A stretch of DNA of 64,000 bases, from the NCBI GenBank assembly GCA_026417155.1, contig JAOADU010000060.1, positions 11,604 through 75,603 of the forward strand. The letters are read 5' to 3'. The position numbers and the translations under genes were made by a program. The stretch is from Bacteroidales bacterium. Lineage in GTDB: Bacteria > Bacteroidota > Bacteroidia > Bacteroidales > GWA2-32-17. Positions 17,816-27,085 of this stretch are shown here, piece by piece. The number at the start of each line of letters is the position of its first letter. The stretch's first letter is position 1. A model generated the notes under the pieces. The model had not been told where the DNA came from and did no database searches. It saw nothing but the letters and a program-made list of their open reading frames with translations.

Positions 17816-18391
17816 ATTATCAGGTTTCCAAGGTTTGTTATATTCGTTCATGCAACGATCAATTCCAGTTAAAATGAATGCTTCTATTGCTTGAATGCAT
17901 CGTTGTGTGTAATAGGGCAATATTTTTAGTTCATCATCTGTGAAAGGGCTCAATACATAATCAGCTTGTTTGCCGTGTGGATAATTGTTACCAATGCCAA
18001 ATCGTAAGCGAGCATATTCGTTGGTTTGTAATACTTCGTCAATATGAGCAAGACCATTGTGCCCTCCGTTTGAGCCTTTAGGTCTGATGCGAATAGTTCC
18101 AAACGGTAAAGCAATGTCGTCTACTACAACAAGCATATTTTCGAGTAAAATATTTTCTTTTTGTAACCAGTATCGAACGGCATTCCCGCTTAGGTTCATG
18201 TATGTTGTAGGTTTAATGAGGAAGATACGATGGCTTTTTATCGAAATTTCTGCAATTTCGGCATATCTGTTAACATTAAATAAAACATTAGAGGCTTTTG
18301 CCCAAGCCTCTAATACGATAAAACCAATATTGTGCCTTGTTTGTTGGTATTTTATCCCAGGATTTCCTAATCCAGCGATTAAATATTTCAA
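17807..18391 (-). CDS. pth: peptidyl-tRNA hydrolase
   Basis: 194 aa. [12 protein letters not shown]...TRHNIGF...GGHNGL blocks. Its 3' end overlaps the tyrS 3' end by 9 nt (convergent). Confidence 0.93.
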   Translation of the reverse strand: MKYLIAGLGNPGIKYQQTRHNIGFIVLEAWAKASNVLFNVNRYAEIAEISIKSHRIFLIKPTTYMNLSGNAVRYWLQKENILLENMLVVVDDIALPFGTIRIRPKGSNGGHNGLAHIDEVLQTNEYARLRFGIGNNYPHGKQADYVLSPFTDDELKILPYYTQRCIQAIEAFILTGIDRCMNEYNKPWKPDNLS

Positions 18392-18403
18392 AGTTGGTTA
18401 TGT

Positions 18404-19003
18404 TTATTTATTTTCGGTAGTTGTGCCAGATTGTTCTGCCCCTTCAGAACTTTCAACAGCTCCACGGGTTACTTTTACTGTAACAACAATTTTTTCTGGA
18501 TTTTCAACAACTTTTAAATTCGGAAGTTGTACATCGCCAGCATGAATAGATTTACCTAAGCCTAATGATTCGACATTGAGTTCTATAACTTCAATCATAT
18601 CTTTTAATAAGCCTTTAACTTTTAGGTATCGCATTTCTTGTAAAAGCTTACCACCATCTTTTACACCTTTGGCTAATCCAACAACCTTAACAGGAAGTTT
18701 TACTTCAATAGGCTTATCTTCCACAATTTCGTAAAAGTCAATATGGCTTATTCTGTCAGTAACAGGATTAAATTGTACTTCTTTTACGATGGCCTTTATT
18801 TTCTTATCATTTAGGTTTATTATGGCATAATGCGTGTAAGGAGTGAACACAATTTTGTTAAGATATTTTTCTTCAATGGCAATGTGAATGTTATTTCCCT
18901 GACCATAAACTTCACAAGGAATAAGTTCTTTTTTACGTAAAGCTTTAGAAGCTTTTTTCCCTAATTTTTCTCTGATTACTGCATTAAATTCAATAGCTTT
19001 CAT
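18404..19003 (-). CDS. rplY: 50S ribosomal protein L25/general stress protein Ctc
   Basis: 199 aa. Long-form L25 with an acidic tail; GKKASKALRKKELIPCEVYG...IDFYEI blocks. Confidence 0.9.
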   Translation of the reverse strand: MKAIEFNAVIREKLGKKASKALRKKELIPCEVYGQGNNIHIAIEEKYLNKIVFTPYTHYAIINLNDKKIKAIVKEVQFNPVTDRISHIDFYEIVEDKPIEVKLPVKVVGLAKGVKDGGKLLQEMRYLKVKGLLKDMIEVIELNVESLGLGKSIHAGDVQLPNLKVVENPEKIVVTVKVTRGAVESSEGAEQSGTTTENK

Positions 19004-19124
19004 ATAAACAATTTTTAGTGTTACTCAAAATTAAGTTTTCCACTTAATTTCCCATTACACTAACTACGGGTAAAGGTAATTAAAATGGATGGCAAAGGTA
19101 AATCAATTATTTTTATTTGCCAAA

Positions 19125-19625
19125 TTAAAATGGCCAAAATTGATTGTCGAACCAAACAGCTTCCTTTAGTTCTTTATCCATTTCGTGTAAAACTTGATGA
19201 TGTGTTTTTTCCCAATTCGAAAGCCATGTAAATAGTTTTTTCTCTTCTTCAGTAGGAGCTTTATCGGCAAATTCGGCATATACTTTAATGGCATTATTTT
19301 CCATATCTATTGCAGCAGAAATAGCAGCAGCTTCATAACTCGAAGCACTGATTTGTTTTTTTAACTCTTCGGTAAGAACAAGTGGGGTAAAAACATCTTT
19401 TTGTGCAGGAAGTTCGAGCGATTTAACTTTATTTTCTTTTAAGATTGACTTAAATGTTTCACTCAAAAATTTTTCGTGCAAAATCTCTTCTTTCGCCATG
19501 GTCTCGAATATATCTTTAACAATTTGGCTTTGAGTTGTTTTTGCAACTTGGCTATAAAAAGCATGACCTTTACGTTCCATTAAAATAGCCATCTTCAAAA
19601 TTTCTAACGATTTGTTGGTATCCAT
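19125..19625 (-). CDS. ferritin-like (rubrerythrin-family) di-iron four-helix-bundle protein
   Basis: Start taken at MDTNK (19625), which avoids overlapping rsmI. Two E...ExxH-type segments are present (MERKGHAFY...KEEILHEKF and MENNAIKVY...NWEKTHHQVL). No rubredoxin domain. Confidence 0.65.
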   Translation of the reverse strand: MDTNKSLEILKMAILMERKGHAFYSQVAKTTQSQIVKDIFETMAKEEILHEKFLSETFKSILKENKVKSLELPAQKDVFTPLVLTEELKKQISASSYEAAAISAAIDMENNAIKVYAEFADKAPTEEEKKLFTWLSNWEKTHHQVLHEMDKELKEAVWFDNQFWPF

Positions 19626-19668
19626 ATTGAATTTGTTTAAGTTTACACTGCCAAAATAATGAATATTC

Positions 19669-20373
19669 ATGAATCAATCAAAGACAAATTTAGGCCACCT
19701 TATAATTATTCCAACACCTATTGGAAATTTGCAAGATATTACATTGCGTGCTTTAGATTACTTAAAAAGAGTAGACCTAATTTATGCTGAAGATACACGA
19801 CAAACAATCAAGTTACTGAAATATTATAATATTCAAAGGCCTTTAAAATCCTATCATCAGTACAATGAACATTTAATAAAACAGCAAATTATAGAAAGAT
19901 TAAAAAACGGAGAACTAATTGGGTTAGTAAGCGATGCTGGCACACCAGCAATAAGCGATCCAGGTTATTTAATAGTTCGCGAATGTATTCGAAATAATAT
20001 TGAAATCGAATGTTTGCCAGGGCCTACTGCGCTTATTCCTGCCATAGTATTAAGTGGCTTTCCTTGTGATAAATTTATTTTCGAAGGGTTTTTGCCACAT
20101 AAAAAAGGGAGAAAAAGTCGTATCGAAACTATAGCAAAATATGATACAACCGTAATCTTGTATGAGTCGCCGCATAGGATATTAAGAACATTAAAAGAAT
20201 TTTATGAAATTATGGGCAATACAAAAGCTGTGTGTGTGTGTAGAGAAATATCAAAAATACATGAAACTATAATTAGAGGATCATTTGAAGAAGTGATCAA
20301 CGTATTAGAAAGAACACAAATTAAAGGAGAAATTGTTTTAATAATTGGTTCAAAAGAAACATTTCTTTTGTAA
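19669..20373 (+). CDS. rsmI: 16S rRNA (cytidine1402-2'-O)-methyltransferase
   Basis: 234 aa. LIIIPTPIGNLQDITLRAL..L...DLIYAEDTR and SDAGTPAISDPG blocks are typical of RsmI. Confidence 0.92.
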   Translation: MNQSKTNLGHLIIIPTPIGNLQDITLRALDYLKRVDLIYAEDTRQTIKLLKYYNIQRPLKSYHQYNEHLIKQQIIERLKNGELIGLVSDAGTPAISDPGYLIVRECIRNNIEIECLPGPTALIPAIVLSGFPCDKFIFEGFLPHKKGRKSRIETIAKYDTTVILYESPHRILRTLKEFYEIMGNTKAVCVCREISKIHETIIRGSFEEVINVLERTQIKGEIVLIIGSKETFLL

Positions 20374-20378
20374 TTTTG
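20371..20378 (+). promoter_or_regulatory. -7 box TAATTTTG overlapping the rsmI stop codon, for 20397 gene
   Basis: Exact TAnnTTTG followed by an A-rich leader. It lies 18 nt upstream of the ATG at 20397. Confidence 0.45.
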
Positions 20379-20396
20379 CAAAAAAATGAATAAAGT

Positions 20397-21263
20397 ATGA
20401 TAAAAGTTTTAAAGATTTTATTGGTTTTAGTTATTTTTTCATCATGTTCAACGAAAGTACAAGAAACAGATGAATATAAGCGATTGCTTGCCGAAAGAGA
20501 TAGTTTAGCTGGTTTAGTTTCAACCGATGTTTCGCAAATAAATCAGTTTATTTCCGATTTTAACGATATTCAAGAAAATTTAAACAGAATAAAGGAAGCG
20601 GAAAAAATTGTTACCGTTTCTACTTCAAATGCCGAACAGGCAATGTCGGCAAAAGACCGTATAAATCAAGATATGCAACTGATATACGATCTACTTCAAC
20701 AAAATAAAAAGACTATAGAAGATTTAAAACGAAAGCTAAAAAAATCAAACACAAGGCTTACTGAACTCGAAAAAATGCTTTCTTATCTAGAACAGCAAAT
20801 TGCAACAAAAGATGCCGAAATAGCCGAGTTAAAACAACGATTGGAACAAATGAATATAAAAGTCGAAATTCTTACAGCTAATATTGACAGTTTGAATAAA
20901 GAAAATGCTTCAAAACAAGAAATCATTGCTCAAAAAACAGAAGAATTAAATACTGCTTTTTATGTAATAGGAACAAAAAAAGAATTGCTCGAAAATCAAA
21001 TAATTACTAAAGAAGGTGGGTTTGTGGGTATAGGTAAAATAGAAAAGCTACGAGACGATTTTAATAAAGATTATTTTACTAAAATAGATCTAACACAAAT
21101 AGGCGAAATTCCTATAAATGCTTCTAAAGTTAAAATACTTACAACCCATCCTGCAAATTCATACAAGTTAGAACAAACAGGAAAAATAGTTGAAAAAATT
21201 GTAATTTTGGACAAGAAACAATTTTGGTCTGTTTCAAAATATTTAGTGATACTTGTGGAATAA
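20397..21263 (+). CDS. coiled-coil lipoprotein of unknown function
   Basis: 288 aa with lipobox VIFSSC. A long heptad-rich central region (LKRKLKKSNTRLTELEKMLSYLEQQIATKDAEIAELKQRLEQ). The conserved-looking C-terminus reads AFYVIGTKKEL...FWSVSKYLVILVE. From memory it may resemble Bacteroides Cbp1-type adhesins; this is unverified. Confidence 0.5.
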   Translation: MIKVLKILLVLVIFSSCSTKVQETDEYKRLLAERDSLAGLVSTDVSQINQFISDFNDIQENLNRIKEAEKIVTVSTSNAEQAMSAKDRINQDMQLIYDLLQQNKKTIEDLKRKLKKSNTRLTELEKMLSYLEQQIATKDAEIAELKQRLEQMNIKVEILTANIDSLNKENASKQEIIAQKTEELNTAFYVIGTKKELLENQIITKEGGFVGIGKIEKLRDDFNKDYFTKIDLTQIGEIPINASKVKILTTHPANSYKLEQTGKIVEKIVILDKKQFWSVSKYLVILVE

Positions 21264-21879
21264 AGCATTTATACTATTACATTTATTTTTGTTTTTTCAT
21301 ACTTTTTCATTTTCCCAAAATTTAGTTAAGCAATTTTTCCAGCTTCCTTGTGCAGAAAAACTATGGGTAATGTGTCACCCATTTAAAGCTTCAAAAGTTT
21401 ATAATCTATCGTTACATTCAATAGAAGTGATGAATTCATTATTGACCGATACTACTTTAGATGGAGATAAAAACGGCGGTCAACTAGATGCATTCAGGCA
21501 TGCTTATTGGATGGCAATTATTACAAAAAAATATGGACCACGCTTTGCTTTAAGGTTAGGTAAGGTACACGAAAAAGGAAACTATCAGATGTTTAAAAAA
21601 AGTAAAAATGAAGATGGCACAATCCCCGATTACGAAAGCTCAGCAATGGATTTTTTAAATAATGATGTAGGAATAGAAGTAGGATTAAAATATAAGGAAT
21701 TAAGTAACGAAGAAATTAAAGAAAAAATTATAGAATTAATTAAAGAAGGAAAATTATTTATTATTAAAAAAGATAAACAAGGAAATTACCTGACGTGTGA
21801 TGATAATATTTTACATATATCGCAAAAATTGTGGGTTAGTGGCAAATGTATAGTATCTTCCAATACACTACGAAAATAA
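21253..21879 (+). CDS. secreted hypothetical protein with DAFRHAYWMA motif
   Basis: 208 aa. GTG start overlaps the upstream gene by 11 nt. Signal peptide WNKAFILLHLFLFFHTFSFSQ. There is no internal ATG before residue 39. Family uncertain (possibly DUF6973-like). Confidence 0.5.
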   Translation: MWNKAFILLHLFLFFHTFSFSQNLVKQFFQLPCAEKLWVMCHPFKASKVYNLSLHSIEVMNSLLTDTTLDGDKNGGQLDAFRHAYWMAIITKKYGPRFALRLGKVHEKGNYQMFKKSKNEDGTIPDYESSAMDFLNNDVGIEVGLKYKELSNEEIKEKIIELIKEGKLFIIKKDKQGNYLTCDDNILHISQKLWVSGKCIVSSNTLRK

Positions 21880-21880
21880 A

Positions 21881-21907
21881 AAAGCTGCCATTTTTAAGGC
21901 AGCTTTC
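21881..21907. terminator. bidirectional intrinsic terminator between convergent genes
   Basis: Hairpin AAAGCTGCC-atttttaa-GGCAGCTTT, flanked by an A-run upstream and T-rich sequence downstream. Confidence 0.65.
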
Positions 21908-21928
21908 TTACTTTATGCAATCAAATTA

Positions 21929-22804
21929 TTAATATTCCCATAAGTCATGTTCAAATTTGAAGATAAAATCTTTTATTCTATCCGATTCGAGCATTGCGTC
22001 TAAACCTTTTTTATAACTCCATACAAAACGGTTATTATAAACGTTGGTTTCTTGGTATATGAAGCTACTGAAGCGACGTTTAAAAAAGATATCATCAAAA
22101 GTTCTTCGTTCAGAATCGTTGTATGGATTAAATACTTCATGATTAGCGAGCAATGGCCGCACTGCGGGAAAATAAACCCACATAACTTGTTTCATGCTTA
22201 GTTCTTTTTCTTCACTATCATCTTTCTGGTCTTCGCCAATGGCAGCTTCTTTTGCATACATTCGAATAGGGCATAGACCTATTATTCTCACTTCAAGCAT
22301 TGCTCTTTGTTTATCGAAATACCAATATTCTTTCATTAAATATCGAGTAACTTCAGAAGTTTTTCTTTCCTTTGGTACAATTTTTAATTCTAAAGCACCT
22401 GTTTCGGGATTTTCGACTTGAACAGAGTCAACGCCACCACCCAGAGCTGTATTAAGCTGTGCAACGGTTATAGGAGTTGTAAACTCATCATCTATGTCAC
22501 TGTATGCAACTAAACCTTCGTTTTCAACTCCGTAAATTAAAAGATCAATGAGGCTGTACCGGTCGTCCATTTTACGAGTGGGGAAATATAGCGGATGATT
22601 AATTTTTTCGCGCAAGTCGAGCATACGCCATAATTTTTTGCCCCACATCATATCTGCCTCCCTTAAATGATGGTAGGGAACTGGTTTACGTGCTGGTACA
22701 TGTTCTTTTACATATACACCATCAATTACATCAGATACTTTTTGCTGTGCAAACAATGGTGTGCATAAGATTCCAATTATAATTGCAAACAGTAATTTTT
22801 TCAT
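21929..22804 (-). CDS. gldN: T9SS/gliding protein GldN (PorN)
   Basis: 291 aa with a signal peptide. It is the last gene of the porP-gldKLMN array. The block EYWYFDKQRAMLEVRIIGLCP is typical of GldN. Confidence 0.85.
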   Translation of the reverse strand: MKKLLFAIIIGILCTPLFAQQKVSDVIDGVYVKEHVPARKPVPYHHLREADMMWGKKLWRMLDLREKINHPLYFPTRKMDDRYSLIDLLIYGVENEGLVAYSDIDDEFTTPITVAQLNTALGGGVDSVQVENPETGALELKIVPKERKTSEVTRYLMKEYWYFDKQRAMLEVRIIGLCPIRMYAKEAAIGEDQKDDSEEKELSMKQVMWVYFPAVRPLLANHEVFNPYNDSERRTFDDIFFKRRFSSFIYQETNVYNNRFVWSYKKGLDAMLESDRIKDFIFKFEHDLWEY

Positions 22805-22885
22805 AGTTGAAAATTTTTAAAAAGTGTGTTCCTCGTTAATAAAACGAGAAAAACATACTTTATATTATTTGAAAAATTATACATA

Positions 22886-24559
22886 TTATTCGAGTTTGAA
22901 TGCTATAGAACCTAAATTTCTAACTGTACCATCTGGACCTGCAGCCTTAACACCTTCAATATAAACTTTTTTGCCTCGTTGTACTTGATTAATTAATGCA
23001 ATTTGCTCTGGAGTAAAGCGATTTCCTTTTGCAGGTATATCTTTTACGAAGCCATTAATAGTTGCAGAAACTGTAAATTCTGTAACATTAAATTTTAAAT
23101 CAAAATCAAATCCTTCAAGCGTTGCCTGAACTCCTGCTTGAGCAAGTAGTACACCTTTTGCTATGCTTCCACCTTTTTTTCCAGCAATAGTTGGTATTGG
23201 ATCGGGAATACGTTTTACGCGAAATTCTTTGCTACCCATGCTACGAGTTTGTCCCTTGTCGTCTTTAACAGAGACAGAGATATTGGTTTTACCAGGAGTT
23301 GTAACTTTAGCAACCCAAGCGCCTTTTCCACTCCTGTAAATACTACCGCCAGATAAACTTGCTGAAATTTGATCATCACGAAAACCGGGTACTGAGATTT
23401 CTATAGGATTTTCTACTCCTATGTACAATACATTCATTTTTGTTGGTGAAACTACAGCCATAGGAGGAGCAACTGTATATTCAATGGTATATTTGCCACC
23501 AGATTTTACAGGAACATCTTTGTATTGGCCGGTAGAAGGGTTGTATACCTGAATTATTGCGGAATATTGTCTAGTACCAACACCTGCACCTTCTACTACA
23601 TATTTAGCAACTCCACGTTCCATTTTTAAAGTTTTAATGTTTCCTAAAAGCTTGTTATTAATAGAATCGTAACCGTCACCAATTAATACTTTAGACATAG
23701 TATCTGTAGAACTAAATGCTGCAATAAAGAGTTCTGCTTCATATTTATCGCCAGAAATTAAGTAATTACTACGAGGAATAACCCGAGGAGCAACAGTATC
23801 AAATTTAAAGTCGGTAGCTCCAATAACACTCAGTAAAGTTTGTATAACTGTTGCTTCAGCATTTTTAACTTGATTTTGCAGCTGTGTCAATACAGTTACA
23901 GTTGCAATAGCTGGAATTTCGGCAAATTTTTCTGTTTCCCAATATTTTTCGTCTGGATAGTCGGGACGTGGATTAGGATTATTATCGGTATTAATGCCAA
24001 GATTTCCTAAATTTTTTATTAGTTTCTCTTTTTCAGGAAGTTGTATTTTAGGATCGTTAAATAATTCAAGCATCTTTTTTTTGTATTCAATAAGTTTTTC
24101 TTTAATTTTTCTTGCTTCACCTTGCGATCCATCAACACTCTCGCCTAGCATGTAATTATGTGGAACATCACGTTGATCTTTTGCTTCAAAAAGCAACAAA
24201 TCTTCTGCAGCTTTTTCGGCTTCTTCTTTAGTTTTGCCGTCGCATTTCATGATAAGCTCAACTTTTTTCTCTTGAAGGAATTTAAACATTTCTTCAGAGT
24301 ATTGTTTAGCTTTCATGGCTGCATCGTAGTATGGAGCTACTTTTAATGGGTCGTTTTGTTTGGCAATGGCAAATGCATCGTAAGTAAAGCCATTTCTTAA
24401 AGTAAAATTGGCATTTGTTTTTTGAAGCCCATCATTTACGATAGCAAAAGCATTTAAAATATCTTTCGAAACGTTTAATGCGAGCAGACAAGTCAGGAAC
24501 AAATACATCATCCCTATCATCTTCTGACGCGGGGTTTCCGGACAATTGGTTGCACCCAT
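22886..24559 (-). CDS. gldM: T9SS/gliding protein GldM (PorM)
   Basis: 557 aa. The hallmark N-terminus TPRQKMIGMMYLFLTCLLALNVSKDIL is followed by a long periplasmic region. Confidence 0.92.
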   Translation of the reverse strand: MGATNCPETPRQKMIGMMYLFLTCLLALNVSKDILNAFAIVNDGLQKTNANFTLRNGFTYDAFAIAKQNDPLKVAPYYDAAMKAKQYSEEMFKFLQEKKVELIMKCDGKTKEEAEKAAEDLLLFEAKDQRDVPHNYMLGESVDGSQGEARKIKEKLIEYKKKMLELFNDPKIQLPEKEKLIKNLGNLGINTDNNPNPRPDYPDEKYWETEKFAEIPAIATVTVLTQLQNQVKNAEATVIQTLLSVIGATDFKFDTVAPRVIPRSNYLISGDKYEAELFIAAFSSTDTMSKVLIGDGYDSINNKLLGNIKTLKMERGVAKYVVEGAGVGTRQYSAIIQVYNPSTGQYKDVPVKSGGKYTIEYTVAPPMAVVSPTKMNVLYIGVENPIEISVPGFRDDQISASLSGGSIYRSGKGAWVAKVTTPGKTNISVSVKDDKGQTRSMGSKEFRVKRIPDPIPTIAGKKGGSIAKGVLLAQAGVQATLEGFDFDLKFNVTEFTVSATINGFVKDIPAKGNRFTPEQIALINQVQRGKKVYIEGVKAAGPDGTVRNLGSIAFKLE

Positions 24560-24595
24560 ATTCTTTTCCTTTTAATTAATTGATATACCTAGTTC

Positions 24596-25585
24596 CTATT
24601 TGTTGAAATTCATGGCAGCAAGCATGTTGCCATAAATTGTATTCATGGCAGCAAGATTTTGACCAAGCTTTGAAATTTCTTCTCTATATCTCTTCACATC
24701 ATCAACGGAATCTTTCATATTTTGCATAATTTCGTCCATGCCAGCAAAAAGTTTTTTGCTATTTTCGAGATATTCATTCGATCCTTGAAGTTGTAGTTCA
24801 TAAATGGCATTTAAAGCAGTAAGATTTTTTGCCATAATTTGCAATTGTTCAGTATAATTTTTGGCATTTGTTCTCGATGTTTCTGCTTCGTTATTTACTA
24901 ATTGAGCAAGGTTTTGGTAAGCTTGAGACAAACTAGTTCCAGATGTATTTACTTGTTCAACAAATTGAGTAAGCGAATGTTCTATAATTTGTGCTTTTGT
25001 CTCATAGGTAGAAGCAAGTTTATTAACAGATGAAGTTAATTTTTCTGCAGTTTCTGCGCTTGCAGAATTGATTATTTGTGCAGATTTTCCATATATATCA
25101 GCAAATTCATTAACTTTTGCAGATGCTTTTTCAAAGCTAGCGATATAGTTATTTGTTGCGACTGTTGCCTCACTAACATCAGCAAGCTTTTCAGTCGTTT
25201 GATTTAATGCTCGTAATCCATTTCCAAGTTTCTCAAATAAATCGGGTGTAATTTGAGCACTGTTGAGTAATTCGTCAAATTTTTCAAGTGCTGATTTTTT
25301 TGAGCTGGTTGCTTTTTTAACTTCTTCGTCTTCAATTTCGTCGTGCATCCCAGCCAATTCGGGATATACTAAGCTCCAGTCCCATTCTTGGTGTAATGGT
25401 TCAAATGCTGAAGTAAAAAAGATAAATGCTTCGGTTGAAAGTCCTACAACAAGCATAATTCCTGCACCTGGCCAGTGCATAATTTTAAACATAGCTCCAA
25501 CAAGTACTACGGATGCCCCAATTCCGTATACTTTCGACATGAAGTTTTTCCATCCTTTTGATTGAACAATTTCACTAATTCCCAT
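24596..25585 (-). CDS. gldL: T9SS/gliding motor protein GldL (PorL)
   Basis: 329 aa. Two N-terminal TM helices contain YGIGASVVLVGAMFKIMHWPGAG and STEAFIFFTSAFEP. The cytoplasmic tail is coiled-coil-like. Confidence 0.92.
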   Translation of the reverse strand: MGISEIVQSKGWKNFMSKVYGIGASVVLVGAMFKIMHWPGAGIMLVVGLSTEAFIFFTSAFEPLHQEWDWSLVYPELAGMHDEIEDEEVKKATSSKKSALEKFDELLNSAQITPDLFEKLGNGLRALNQTTEKLADVSEATVATNNYIASFEKASAKVNEFADIYGKSAQIINSASAETAEKLTSSVNKLASTYETKAQIIEHSLTQFVEQVNTSGTSLSQAYQNLAQLVNNEAETSRTNAKNYTEQLQIMAKNLTALNAIYELQLQGSNEYLENSKKLFAGMDEIMQNMKDSVDDVKRYREEISKLGQNLAAMNTIYGNMLAAMNFNK

Positions 25586-25627
25586 ATTTAAAAAATTTTA
25601 GTTGTTAATGATTTATTTTTTTAATTA

Positions 25628-27070
25628 TTAATATACTTGCGAACCTTCACTACCATCGCGGAAATCACGACCTAAATATGAGCGTACACAACGGAATCCA
25701 ATGTAGGATTTAGCAGAGTCTTGATATTCGTAAGAACGTGTTCCGCATTGCATGTACCACGAAATATCTTTCCATGAACCGCCACGAATTACTTTACGTT
25801 TTCTTACAGGAGGATCATTCGGCAGTGCTTCATAGCTATAATCGGGATTCAAATCATCCGTATAACTATATGCGGCTTCTTCAAAAGCATTGCTTGTCCA
25901 TTCGCTTACATTACCGCCCATATCGTATAGTCCATATTCATTTGGATCGAAGTGAGCAACTACTAGCATGTAAATACCTCCATCTGGAGTATATGCGCCT
26001 CTCATGGGCTTGAAGTTCGCTACATAACATCCTTTATAGTTTTGTGTGTAATAGCCACCCCACGGATACATATTCCCTTTAAGACCACCGCGTGCGGCAT
26101 ATTCCCATTCAGATTCGGTAGGAAGGCGATATTCTTGTACGAATGGCTCACCCATCGATTCTAAATAGTAACTATTTAGCAATTCCGATCTCCAAACACA
26201 AAAAGCTCGAGCTTGACGCCATGACACACCAACAACAGGATAATTATCGTAAGCTGGATGCCAAAAATATGCTCTTGCCATAGGTTCGTTGTATGAGTAT
26301 GTAAAGTCGCTCATCCAACATAAAGTATCGGGATAAACATTTACAATATCTTTAATAATGTATGATGAACGATCTTTTACAGGAATGCGTTGACCTTTAG
26401 TTGGGCTTTTGTAATTATAATCGGTAACTTCGCCGTCATATTTGTTTTCGTCAAAATTCCATGCTCTACGTATGTCATTTTCAAAGTCGTATTTTTTACC
26501 TGCTTGCTTTAAATCAATTCTATAATATTCAAAATTTAGTTTTCGTACATCAATTTCTTTACGACGATAAAAACGTTCGTGTTCGGGTAGAAACATTTCG
26601 TTAAGTATTTCGCGTTGTTCTTGTTCGTTCCAGCGTATTTTTTCTTCCCAATTTATGAATGGAGGGTTAACATCTTCGCCATATTCGTTTTGTGTAATAA
26701 GATATTGTTCTATTTGGGCGCCTAATAATTTGTATGCAATGGAGTCTCGTACCCAAAATACAAATTGCCGGTATTCATTATTGGTTATTTCGGTTTCATC
26801 CATCCAAAAAGGAGCAACTGTTACAGTTTTCGTTTCGGCAGTCATGGCATAAGGAACGTCTTGGTCATCTGGTCCCATGTTGTATGAGCCAGCAGGTATA
26901 AATACCATACCATATGGTTGTGGTTCATACCATGCTTCTCTGTTTAATACTCCAACTAACTCCCCATTTCCTTTTTGTGCACAGCTTGTAAAAAGCTGTA
27001 TAATTAGCAGTAAAACAAAAATACCGCTAAGATTTTTCATATTTTGTTGATTTAATTTTTTTCGTTTCAT
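25628..27070 (-). CDS. gldK: T9SS/gliding lipoprotein GldK (PorK), FGE-sulfatase/SUMF1 fold
   Basis: 480 aa with lipobox LFTSC. Contains EITNNEYRQF, PVVGVSWRQARAFCVW, LPTESEWEYAARGG and RGGSW...GFRCV blocks. Confidence 0.92.
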   Translation of the reverse strand: MKRKKLNQQNMKNLSGIFVLLLIIQLFTSCAQKGNGELVGVLNREAWYEPQPYGMVFIPAGSYNMGPDDQDVPYAMTAETKTVTVAPFWMDETEITNNEYRQFVFWVRDSIAYKLLGAQIEQYLITQNEYGEDVNPPFINWEEKIRWNEQEQREILNEMFLPEHERFYRRKEIDVRKLNFEYYRIDLKQAGKKYDFENDIRRAWNFDENKYDGEVTDYNYKSPTKGQRIPVKDRSSYIIKDIVNVYPDTLCWMSDFTYSYNEPMARAYFWHPAYDNYPVVGVSWRQARAFCVWRSELLNSYYLESMGEPFVQEYRLPTESEWEYAARGGLKGNMYPWGGYYTQNYKGCYVANFKPMRGAYTPDGGIYMLVVAHFDPNEYGLYDMGGNVSEWTSNAFEEAAYSYTDDLNPDYSYEALPNDPPVRKRKVIRGGSWKDISWYMQCGTRSYEYQDSAKSYIGFRCVRSYLGRDFRDGSEGSQVY

Positions 27071-27085
27071 AGTTTCAAAATTTTA

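Noticed and set aside
18057-18545. 162-aa ORF on the plus strand
   Set aside because: It is entirely antisense to pth and rplY, which have strong family signatures. It is a shadow ORF.
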